This document shows, in pieces, positions 37,713 through 45,899 of a stretch of 64,000 nt of DNA (the first letter of the stretch is position 1; each line of letters begins with the position of its first letter). This DNA comes from Thermoprotei archaeon (GTDB lineage Archaea > Thermoproteota > Thermoprotei > Thermoproteales > B15-G16): the NCBI GenBank assembly GCA_003649205.1, contig QMRC01000005.1, forward strand, positions 59,821 through 123,820, in the 5' to 3' direction. The position numbers and the translations under genes are program-made. The notes beneath the pieces were generated by a model. That model did not search any database. It saw only the letters and a program-made list of their open reading frames with translations, and had not been told where the DNA came from.

Positions 37713-38686
37713 GTAAGGTACCTCAGACTAGTTAACTCACGCCTTATCTTCTCAATTAGTTCTAGAGCTATTCTCTCCTGTGCTTCATATGTTTGAGCAC
37801 CTACGTGAGCAGTAATGACTACCCTTGGGTGTTTTATCAGATCGAATTCCCAAGGGTACTTAGGCGGTTCATTCTCAAGAGTATCGAGACCTGCGGCATA
37901 TACAACCCACTCATTCAGTGCTCTAAGCAGTTCCCTCGTATCTATCAATGCTCCTCTAGCTGTATTAACTATAATAGCTCCTCTCTTCAGTACTTCGAAC
38001 TCCTGCCTACTAATCATGTGGTAGGTATCCTCCTTTAGAGGTACATGTAGTGACACAACATCACTTCTCCTAAGTAGTTCATGTAGAGAGGAAACGATTT
38101 CAACACCTAGTTTCTCAGCTTTTTCCCTCACATTAGCTACGTCGTAAGCAATGACCCTCATCCCCAGTACCTTAGCTATCTCAGCTACTCTACTCCCAAT
38201 CCTACCAAGACCAACAATACCGAGAACCTTACCAAATAGCTCAATACCTACCTCCTTAATCCATTTACCCTCTCGAACATTAGTAATTACTGAAGCTATT
38301 TTCCGTGCAGCAGCTATCATGAGACATATCGTTAACTCAGCAACGGACTCCGTTGAAGCTCCTTCAGCAGAGATGACCTTGATACCTCTCTCCCTAGCTT
38401 TCGCTACGTTAATGTTATCAAGACCTGTGCCAGCTCTAGCAATGATCTTTAGCTTCTCCCCTCTACGTAGTAGCTCTTCGTCAATTCTTAACCTACCTCT
38501 CAGAATTAGTATATCGAAGTCTGGTAATATAGCAGCTACTTCATCCCTTGAGATACCCGGCCTATACACAACTTCAAGACCTAGCTCTTTAAGACCATTA
38601 ATTAGAGTAGTACTGACTGGGTCAATCACCAGTACCTTAACTCTCTGAAGAGAGGTATAGTGTTCATGACCTGAGGATGTGGACAA
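37709..38686 (-). CDS. serA: D-3-phosphoglycerate dehydrogenase / D-2-hydroxyacid dehydrogenase (no ACT domain)
   Basis: RAGTGLDNI, SVAELT, GLGRIG, HVPL, NTARG, EPP and HVGAQT.EAQ. Start codon uncertain. Confidence 0.82.
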   Translation of the reverse strand: MSTSSGHEHYTSLQRVKVLVIDPVSTTLINGLKELGLEVVYRPGISRDEVAAILPDFDILILRGRLRIDEELLRRGEKLKIIARAGTGLDNINVAKARERGIKVISAEGASTESVAELTICLMIAAARKIASVITNVREGKWIKEVGIELFGKVLGIVGLGRIGSRVAEIAKVLGMRVIAYDVANVREKAEKLGVEIVSSLHELLRRSDVVSLHVPLKEDTYHMISRQEFEVLKRGAIIVNTARGALIDTRELLRALNEWVVYAAGLDTLENEPPKYPWEFDLIKHPRVVITAHVGAQTYEAQERIALELIEKIRRELTSLRYLT

Positions 38687-38744
38687 TTTGACAATAGAAT
38701 CACCCCCAAGGAGGAGATAGCCTATGTGGGCTAGGTTCGGAATT

Positions 38745-38789
38745 TCAGCAACAACATGAGCTATGTGATGGTATGAGTGAAGTCACCAT
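38745..38789 (-). promoter_or_regulatory. Candidate leader peptide/uORF MVTSLIPSHSSCCC upstream of serA
   Basis: ATG..TGA, 14 codons, 4 Ser plus 3 tandem Cys. Followed by two hairpins, the second covering the GGGGGTGA SD. Confidence 0.35.
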
Positions 38790-38888
38790 GTTCGTTAGTA
38801 CTTAATTTTTCTCTCTTACTTGAATTTATTCGTTACGTCTAAGTTACGTCGCTTGAATACTTATTACCTAGGTTTCTTGATGTGTTGT

Positions 38889-38952
38889 GTAGTGATGAGA
38901 GGGGGCCTCTAAGAATATGACTGGTGATTGATCGCCGGTTCTAGCTGACTAC
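38889..38952 (+). ncRNA. Probable box C/D sRNA
   Basis: GTAG/CTAC terminal stem, box C GTGATGA 38892-38898, D' ATGA, C' GTGATTGA and box D CTGA 38945-38948. The D' guide is unusually long (18 nt). Confidence 0.6.
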
Positions 38953-38959
38953 TTGATGG

Positions 38960-39487
38960 GTGATTACTATGTCGGTACCTGCTTTTGTGGATGCTTTAAA
39001 GAAATTAATCGTCGTTGTACATAATGTACATGCTGTTAGTAGGGTTACTGAAGCAGCTAAGGTAGTGTATGGTATGGGTTTTGAGAACTTCGTTGTATCT
39101 AAGGCTATTGGTGCTGCTGCTCAGTCAGGTGTTCCTGAAGTTCATAAGCTAGCGTATAAGCTAGGTAAGTCATTCCTATTTGTCGCTGATATACAGGATA
39201 TCTTAGAGCTAATTAAACCAAGTAGGGTATACATCATTACACCACCTAGTTATGCTAAGGAGTTGTTCAATCCCAGTGAAGTGGCTGAAGCTCTGCTGAG
39301 AGGTGAAACTGTTGCTATTGTAGTTGGTGGTTCTGAACCCGGATTAACGAAGAGAGAGCTTGAACTTGGAAAGGTAGTTACGTTAGATACCTCTGGTGAC
39401 ATTGGTACTGTTGGGTACATTGCTACAGTACTCTACTTAATTAGGGAGAGGCTTAAGGAATTAAGTGGACAGAGTAGTGCTACCTAG
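38960..39487 (+). CDS. DUF2122-like protein (SpoU/SPOUT-like; often labelled RecB-family nuclease)
   Basis: VVHNV....R, GAAAQSGVPE..KLA.K and GGSEPGLTKRELE.G. Confidence 0.75.
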   Translation: MITMSVPAFVDALKKLIVVVHNVHAVSRVTEAAKVVYGMGFENFVVSKAIGAAAQSGVPEVHKLAYKLGKSFLFVADIQDILELIKPSRVYIITPPSYAKELFNPSEVAEALLRGETVAIVVGGSEPGLTKRELELGKVVTLDTSGDIGTVGYIATVLYLIRERLKELSGQSSAT

Positions 39488-40445
39488 ATTCCTGCTCCTC
39501 TAAGTACTTCTTTACCTCTCTAGCTATTGCTCTCGCTAGTGGTACGGGCACTGCCTCACCTACTTGATTGTACTGAACTTCACGACCTCCTAGGAATATG
39601 TGGTCATCGGGGAATCCCATTAATCTAGCGTGCTCTCTAACAGTTAGTAACCTATCTCTGAATGGGTGTATGAACCTTGATGAACCCATTACTGTTGGTG
39701 CTGGTTTATAGGGGTGTAGTCTTATGAAGTTCCTAAAGGTTCCTGTAGCACCTCGATAGTATACGAGTGCTTGTCCCCACTTTAACTTAGCTATTCTCCT
39801 CCTCTTTCTTGGTGAAAGTGGGTGAAGTTCATGGTTAGGTATATCATGTGGCTCATCTGGTTCAGGTAGATCACCAATGGCCTCAATTACTGTTACCTTC
39901 TTACCGTACTTAGGTGGGTTAAGTGGTATGTTTGATATAAAGATCCTCCTCCTACAGGATGGTGTACCATAGTCTTCTGCTCTCAGTATGTTGAAGTATA
40001 TGCGTTTGTAGCCAACTCTTGCAAATTCCTCTCTTAAGTACCTCTTGAGTGGTCCCTCAGCAACATCTACTACATTCTCCATAACGAAGACCTTAGGCCT
40101 TAACTCACCGACTAACCTAATGAAGTGGAGAACAAGTTGACCAATGGGATCTGTGTACAGTCTATCAACTGGATCAGGGTACCTACTTGGGTTAGTTCGT
40201 GTAAATGGCTCACAGGGTGGTCCACCAATGACAACATCAGGTTCCTCACCAATTACCGACAGTACGTCTTCACCTGTAATCTCCTTAATGTCCTCACATA
40301 TGACGTAAGCATCCTTGAAATTCTCCTGAAATGTTAAGCAACATGGCTTGAAGTTATCAATACCTAGAACTATTTTAAAGCCCTCGAGTGAAAATCCTCT
40401 TGAGAATCCTCCAGCGCCGCAAAACAAATCCACAACTGTGTACAT
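39480..40445 (-). CDS. dcm: DNA (cytosine-5) methyltransferase, orphan
   Basis: DLFCGAGG, GGPPC (catalytic), FVMENV, YGTP..R.R, RLLTVRE.ARLMGFPD and QVGEAVP. Confidence 0.93.
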   Translation of the reverse strand: MYTVVDLFCGAGGFSRGFSLEGFKIVLGIDNFKPCCLTFQENFKDAYVICEDIKEITGEDVLSVIGEEPDVVIGGPPCEPFTRTNPSRYPDPVDRLYTDPIGQLVLHFIRLVGELRPKVFVMENVVDVAEGPLKRYLREEFARVGYKRIYFNILRAEDYGTPSCRRRIFISNIPLNPPKYGKKVTVIEAIGDLPEPDEPHDIPNHELHPLSPRKRRRIAKLKWGQALVYYRGATGTFRNFIRLHPYKPAPTVMGSSRFIHPFRDRLLTVREHARLMGFPDDHIFLGGREVQYNQVGEAVPVPLARAIAREVKKYLEEQESR

Positions 40446-40521
40446 GTACTCCCGTGAGTTAGTGATGGAGGGGTAAGAATTAATTTTGTGATTTTCACTG
40501 ATTTACTGGGAAGTTGAGACC

Positions 40522-41367
40522 ATGTTCAATACATTAACCACAGGTATCGTAGCGTTACAGGTCTGGTCCGTAGCTATACCAGCTATAGTGATAGCACTAA
40601 TCGTGGCAATTCTCCTCCTCTCTATGATTAGGATAGTGAAGGAGTATGAGAGAGCTGTCGTATTTAGACTAGGTAAGTTAATTGGTGTTAAGGGTCCTGG
40701 CCTCATAATTGTCATACCATTCATAGACTCTGTACGAATGGTAGACCTAAGGACTAGAGTTATTGATGTACCTAGACAGAAGATACTGACTAAAGATAAC
40801 GTAGAGGTAACTGTAGATGCTGTAGTTTATTACAGAGTCTTCGATCCAGAGAAAGCTGTACTAGCTGTAGAGAACTACCACCACGCAACAGCTCTCATGG
40901 CAATGACCTTGCTTAGAGATGTAGTTGGACAAGTAGAACTAGATGACCTACTAATGAGAAGAGAGGAAATAAATAAAAAATTAACAAAGTTACTCGATGA
41001 GATAACCGATCCCTGGGGCATTAAGGTAACAGCAGTTACAGTGAAGGAAGTTACACTACCTGAATCACTACTGAGAGCAATAGCTAAGCAAGCTGAAGCA
41101 GAACGTGAGAAGAGAGCTAGGATAATCGTTGCTGAAGGTGAACTCCATGCGGCAAAGATAATGGCTGAAGCAGCTAAGATCTACCAGGAGAGACCTGAAG
41201 CTCTAGTACTAAGACAGCTTCAGACACTTGTTGATGTGGCAAGGGAAAAGAACCTAGTAGTGATAGCTCCATCAGACCTCTCAACATCAGTAGGTCTAGT
41301 CACAGCACTTCAGAGAGCGCTCCAGAGAAGATCTTCAAGCTCAAGTACTGAGGAGAGGGTTGGGTAG
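40522..41367 (+). CDS. Stomatin/SPFH (slipin) protein
   Basis: YERAVVFRLG, GPGL..VIPFID, TKDNV.V.VDAVVYYR and QAEAERE.RA. Confidence 0.95.
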   Translation: MFNTLTTGIVALQVWSVAIPAIVIALIVAILLLSMIRIVKEYERAVVFRLGKLIGVKGPGLIIVIPFIDSVRMVDLRTRVIDVPRQKILTKDNVEVTVDAVVYYRVFDPEKAVLAVENYHHATALMAMTLLRDVVGQVELDDLLMRREEINKKLTKLLDEITDPWGIKVTAVTVKEVTLPESLLRAIAKQAEAEREKRARIIVAEGELHAAKIMAEAAKIYQERPEALVLRQLQTLVDVAREKNLVVIAPSDLSTSVGLVTALQRALQRRSSSSSTEERVG

Positions 41368-41370
41368 GTA

Positions 41371-42729
41371 ATGAGGAGAAGTTTCTACCATGTAATCTCA
41401 ACTTTTTGCCTGGTAGTAATACTCCTAACTCTGAACCTAACTCTAGCACAAGTTCCTGAAAACTACATACCTGAAGAGAGAGGAGCTATAGTAGTTAGAG
41501 GTTATATAACTAGTGAAATAACCCAAGCAACACTGAGTTATGTAGAGTCAGTACTTAAGTACGCACAGGATAGAGGTGCTGTAGCCGTAGTACTAGTACT
41601 CAACACACCAGGTGGTTACCTAGATGCCACGCTCAAGATTGTTGACCGAATAGCGAACTCAACAATACCTGTTATCGGGTACGTTGCCCCAAGTGGAGCT
41701 AGAGCTTGGTCGGCAGGAACGCTGATACTTCTAGCTACACACATCGCAGCTATGGCACCTGGCTCAATAATAGGTAGTGCACAACCTGTGGAGTATGATC
41801 CAGTAACAGGTACGACTAGGCCAGTCAATAGCAGCAAGATACTCAATGCTATAACGAAGCAATTTGAGGGATTAGCTAAGCTAAGAGGTAGAAACGTAAC
41901 AGCAGCTAGGCTATTTGTTCTAAAGAACCTAAATCTAGAAGCAAGTGAAGCACTTAAGTACCACGTTATTGAGGTAATTGCATCAAACATACGTGAACTC
42001 CTTGAGAAAGTAGATGGAATGACTGTGAAGACAGCTGCAGGCACAGTAACGCTCCATACAGCAAATGCAGTTATTGAAGACTGCAGACCATCAATTAGGG
42101 AACGTATTCTAGAAGTTCTCGCTAATCCACTAGTATCGAGTATCCTATTTTCACTAGGTCTATGGATTGTCCTCTTCGGTGTAATATCAGCTCACTACTA
42201 CGCTGCAGCTGTGGGCGCCTTCTTCATGATACTCGGTCTGCTTGGACTAGGATTTAGCGTAAATCTCATAGCACTTGCACTGCTCCTCCTAGGTTCAATA
42301 TTCCTATTCGTTGAGGTATTTGTAACACCAGGCTTTGGAGTGTTGGGTATAACAGGTATATTGATGCTCATACTGGGTACAATACTGCTACCACATCTAA
42401 CACCGGAGAAGTGGTTCATAGGTGGTGAGTGGTTTAGGCAATTAATCGTGACAGCTTATGCTCTAGGTGGTTCACTAGGTTCGATAATGGGATTTGTACT
42501 GTATAAAGCTGTAAAGGTGCATAGAGCTACACCAAGGAGTAGAGCTCTAATTGATCTGAGAGGTGAGGTCGGTGAAGCTCTTGACGATATAGAGCCTGGT
42601 AAGGAAGGTTTCGTACTGGTTCGTGGTGAGTACTGGATGGCTAAAGCTACTGAACCCATTAAGAAGGGTGAGAAGGTCGTTGTCATTGGTAAGGAAGGTC
42701 CTTACCTAATCGTACGTAAACTTACTTAA
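41371..42729 (+). CDS. nfeD: NfeD membrane-bound serine protease (stomatin partner)
   Basis: NTPGG, AWSAG (catalytic Ser), IGSAQP, a TM block, and a C-terminal OB domain with V.GEYW.A. Confidence 0.92.
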   Translation: MRRSFYHVISTFCLVVILLTLNLTLAQVPENYIPEERGAIVVRGYITSEITQATLSYVESVLKYAQDRGAVAVVLVLNTPGGYLDATLKIVDRIANSTIPVIGYVAPSGARAWSAGTLILLATHIAAMAPGSIIGSAQPVEYDPVTGTTRPVNSSKILNAITKQFEGLAKLRGRNVTAARLFVLKNLNLEASEALKYHVIEVIASNIRELLEKVDGMTVKTAAGTVTLHTANAVIEDCRPSIRERILEVLANPLVSSILFSLGLWIVLFGVISAHYYAAAVGAFFMILGLLGLGFSVNLIALALLLLGSIFLFVEVFVTPGFGVLGITGILMLILGTILLPHLTPEKWFIGGEWFRQLIVTAYALGGSLGSIMGFVLYKAVKVHRATPRSRALIDLRGEVGEALDDIEPGKEGFVLVRGEYWMAKATEPIKKGEKVVVIGKEGPYLIVRKLT

Positions 42730-42748
42730 GTACGTACCTACTGAGTCC

Positions 42749-43987
42749 TTGGGGATTTTCTTGAGTGAAGTACCTGTCATTGAAGGTGGTAAGTCGATTA
42801 TAGGTAGAAGAATTGAGGCTTGGGCACCAATTGATGATGATGATATTAAAGCCGTTGTCGAGGTTCTCAAGAGTGGTAGATTAAGCCAATTAGTTGGTAC
42901 TAAGGTTCAGGAATTCGAGAACTTCTTTGCTCGGTACCACGGTGTTAAGCACTGTATTGCTGTATCCAACGGCTCAGTTGCTCTCTACATAGCATTGAAA
43001 GCCTTAGGCGTAGGACCTGGTGATGAAGTTCTAGTACCTGCATTTACATTCGTATCAACAGCAACCTGCGTGGTATACGCCAATGCTGTACCCGTATTTG
43101 TTGATGTTAGTAGAGAGACCTTTAACATGGATCCATGTGACCTAGAGGATAAGTTGAGGAAGCACAGAGATAGAGCTAAAGCTGTAATTGTTGTCCACCT
43201 CTGTGGACATCCAGCTGAGATGGATGACATAGTCAAGATATGTAGGGAGTATGGAGTTTACCTAATTGAGGATTGTGCTCAAGCTGTGGGTGCTGAGTAT
43301 AGAGGTAGGAAGGTAGGTACATTCGGTGATCTTGGTTGCTTTAGCTTCTACCAGACTAAGAACTTAACAACAGGAGAGGGTGGTGCCATAATCACGAACA
43401 ATGATGAATTAGCTAAGCTCTGCAAGATGATACGTTGTCATGGTGAAGAGACAAGGTACGAACATGTGATGCTAGGTTTCAACTTCAGAATGACTGAGCT
43501 ACAGGCAGCACTAGGAATCTCACAGCTCAGAAAGCTAGATAGGTTAAATGAGAGGAGGAGAGAGATAGCTAAGGTATATACTGAGGCCCTATCTAAGAGC
43601 GATCTCCTTATATTACCAAGCGAGAAACCCTACGTCAAGCACGTGTGGCACATATACAATGTTCTCCTCCATGTAGAGAAGATGAGAGTTAGTAGGGATT
43701 ACTTCGTTAAAGCACTTAAAGCTGAAGGAGCTATAGTATCGGTATGTTATCCTAAGCCAATCTACAGACAATTACTATTCCAAGAACTTAGAGGTCATGG
43801 GAAGGGTTGCCCTTGGTCATGTCCATACTATGGGAAGACCATCTCGTACAAAGACATTAAGTGCCCAAATACAGAGTGGATATGTGAACGAGTCTTTACA
43901 CTATACACATTCCCAACACTAAGTAATGAAGATGCTGAACTTATGGCAAAAGCAGTACTGAAGCTTCTCAACTACTATAGGAAGTAG
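42749..43987 (+). CDS. DegT/DnrJ/EryC1/StrS aminotransferase
   Basis: NGS.AL, FTFVST, IEDCAQA.G, FSFYQTKNLTTGEGG and NFRMTELQAA. Confidence 0.93.
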   Translation: MGIFLSEVPVIEGGKSIIGRRIEAWAPIDDDDIKAVVEVLKSGRLSQLVGTKVQEFENFFARYHGVKHCIAVSNGSVALYIALKALGVGPGDEVLVPAFTFVSTATCVVYANAVPVFVDVSRETFNMDPCDLEDKLRKHRDRAKAVIVVHLCGHPAEMDDIVKICREYGVYLIEDCAQAVGAEYRGRKVGTFGDLGCFSFYQTKNLTTGEGGAIITNNDELAKLCKMIRCHGEETRYEHVMLGFNFRMTELQAALGISQLRKLDRLNERRREIAKVYTEALSKSDLLILPSEKPYVKHVWHIYNVLLHVEKMRVSRDYFVKALKAEGAIVSVCYPKPIYRQLLFQELRGHGKGCPWSCPYYGKTISYKDIKCPNTEWICERVFTLYTFPTLSNEDAELMAKAVLKLLNYYRK

Positions 43988-44029
43988 TTTAAAATGGAGA
44001 TTCACTTAAATCTCAGACATCACAATACC

Positions 44030-44098
44030 TAACAGGTCCTCTTGACGCGGGATGAGACCCGTGGGATGATAGAGGATCTCCCGGCCTTCTAAACAACC
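44030..44098 (+). ncRNA. Candidate K-turn hairpin RNA, possibly a non-canonical (lower-stem-less) H/ACA guide
   Basis: GGTCCTCT-TGA / GATGAT-AGAGGATC K-turn, apical stem CGCGGG/CCCGTG, and ACA at 44093, 14 nt after the stem. G-U pairs favour the + strand. TATA-like CTTAAA ~25 nt upstream. Confidence 0.55.
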
Positions 44099-44126
44099 CT
44101 AACTCAACTTTACTCCCAAAGCTTAC

Positions 44127-44906
44127 TTAGTGAGATGCTGAGAGTGGCCAGGAATGAGCTGGTGAGCGATGATTGCATGTCCGGTTTCTGAGACCACGTG
44201 TGTACAAATCGAGGAGTACGTCAATGCACCTATGTGCTCTACCAAACCTAAGCCATCTCAGTACCTTAACTTCTCTAAAGAGTGCTCTGAGCACCTTCGC
44301 CAGTACATCTCTTCCACCTAGCTGAGCAATTACAGTGATAAATAGTTCACTAGAGTACGTTGGTTCTGCTATTATACCTGCATCACCAAGCACTATGTGA
44401 TACAGCTTACCTTTCCTGCAGACCTTACCATCAAGATCCTGAGTAACAAGCTTGATTAGCTTGAGAAGTGGCATAATAACCTTCATACTCACAACGTACG
44501 GCGGTATTCCCTCAATCTCCAGGTATCTGTGAAGTAGGGAATTGAGTACTTTCTCACCGACACCTACACCATCACCAGAAGGTACGTAATCTTCAAAGAA
44601 CAACTCATCGATTAACCTATAGTATACTCGAGGTCTACTAGCTACATAGACATAGCACTCAAAAATACCCTTGGTATGTACGACAACGGTATCAATTACA
44701 TAGACATCTCCTCTACACCAAGCAGGAACAACCTCACTACACACCTTAATACCGGATCCAGGAATCTTGACTAAGTACTTACCCTCACCAAAACCCTCAC
44801 GAACATCAACAATGCAATTCTCTGAGTAGTTAAGAGACAATACCTTATCACCACACTTAACGGGGATGCTACTGTAGTCTGGTGTCAGCACTAGCTTTTC
44901 TATCAT
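44127..44906 (-). CDS. Hypothetical protein
   Basis: 259-aa ORF with AGGTGAG SD; no motif recognised. Confidence 0.7.
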   Translation of the reverse strand: MIEKLVLTPDYSSIPVKCGDKVLSLNYSENCIVDVREGFGEGKYLVKIPGSGIKVCSEVVPAWCRGDVYVIDTVVVHTKGIFECYVYVASRPRVYYRLIDELFFEDYVPSGDGVGVGEKVLNSLLHRYLEIEGIPPYVVSMKVIMPLLKLIKLVTQDLDGKVCRKGKLYHIVLGDAGIIAEPTYSSELFITVIAQLGGRDVLAKVLRALFREVKVLRWLRFGRAHRCIDVLLDLYTRGLRNRTCNHRSPAHSWPLSASH

Positions 44907-45001
44907 GTACTCACCTATGTAGTAGTTGAGGAGATGAGGTAAAAGAGGGTATTGAACACTTTAAGCGAGGTAGTTATAGGTCATAGGATTGTAGAGGATA
45001 G

Positions 45002-45193
45002 TCATTCCAACTTTAACTCTCGTAGTAACCTCTTCAAACGTGGATCATGCGTTACAGCGTGGTATATAGCATCTTCAACACTACATACACGAGTACCACA
45101 CCTACGACACTTCCAGTGCTTTTGCCCCCCTTCTTCAACCACTTCGTACAAGTGCACTAGCTCTCTAGGGAGTTCAGGTAGTGACGTAATCAC
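45002..45193 (-). CDS. Small C2H2-type zinc-finger protein
   Basis: WKCRRCG......DAIYHAVTH; coupled to the upstream ORF. Confidence 0.65.
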   Translation of the reverse strand: MITSLPELPRELVHLYEVVEEGGQKHWKCRRCGTRVCSVEDAIYHAVTHDPRLKRLLRELKLE

Positions 45194-45612
45194 TACCTCA
45201 CTGGTCTCAAGATCTTTACTGTACCGTAACCTGTGAGTAAATCCTTTATTAGATTTAGAGGTTCTTGATCTAAACTCTCGAAACCTATTATCTTAACTTC
45301 ACCTGGGTACACATGTACGTAGTGATCTATGTCGAAACGAATAACAACGTCATTTGTACCGAAGACCACCTTGAAATTCCTTCTTGAATTAATTAACCTC
45401 TCTACAACCTTCGCTACTAAATCTAGTTGTGCTTTAGAGATTCTCCTCCTACCTCTATGTCTACGAGCTAACTTAAGCTCCTCTTCACCAATACCCTTCC
45501 TAATACCGTGAACTGAGTCAATGAGTACTAGCTCACCTTCGTAACCCTTAATCTCGAAGTTCTCACATTGCTCAACTTTCTTAAGTACATCACTAGGCTT
45601 TAACCTCTCCAT
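45193..45612 (-). CDS. Hypothetical protein
   Basis: Likely start MERLKP at 45612 after GGTGGAG. Composition is typical of real genes. Confidence 0.7.
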   Translation of the reverse strand: MERLKPSDVLKKVEQCENFEIKGYEGELVLIDSVHGIRKGIGEEELKLARRHRGRRRISKAQLDLVAKVVERLINSRRNFKVVFGTNDVVIRFDIDHYVHVYPGEVKIIGFESLDQEPLNLIKDLLTGYGTVKILRPVR

Positions 45613-45733
45613 AGCTCCACCAACAACATCTAAGGAAACATCTAAAAATAAGTTAGTACCGTGAACTAGCATAGGGCATTTATTGAGGTAAACTAGATTA
45701 CCACCTTAAAGGATTGTGTCTTGTGGTGTGGAG

Positions 45734-45889
45734 ATGAAGGGTATTGAGTACTGCCCATCTTGCAGTAGTAGGATGATTGTAAGGAGTGTACGAAGGTACT
45801 ACAGCTCAATCTTCCAATCCTATGTCCAGGAGATAGTTTTTGTATGCCCAAACTGTTCTATAAAGATAACTCACTACGACATTTTGTGA
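45734..45889 (+). CDS. Small Zn-ribbon protein (51 aa), absent from the ORF track
   Basis: MKGIEYCPSC...FVCPNC...DIL*, with GGTGTGGAG SD; directly upstream of serS. Confidence 0.7.
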   Translation: MKGIEYCPSCSSRMIVRSVRRYYSSIFQSYVQEIVFVCPNCSIKITHYDIL

Positions 45890-45899
45890 GGTGCAAGTC

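Noticed and set aside
38960-40445. Restriction-modification pair
   Set aside because: The neighbour labelled RecB-family looks SPOUT-like and has no PD-(D/E)XK motif.
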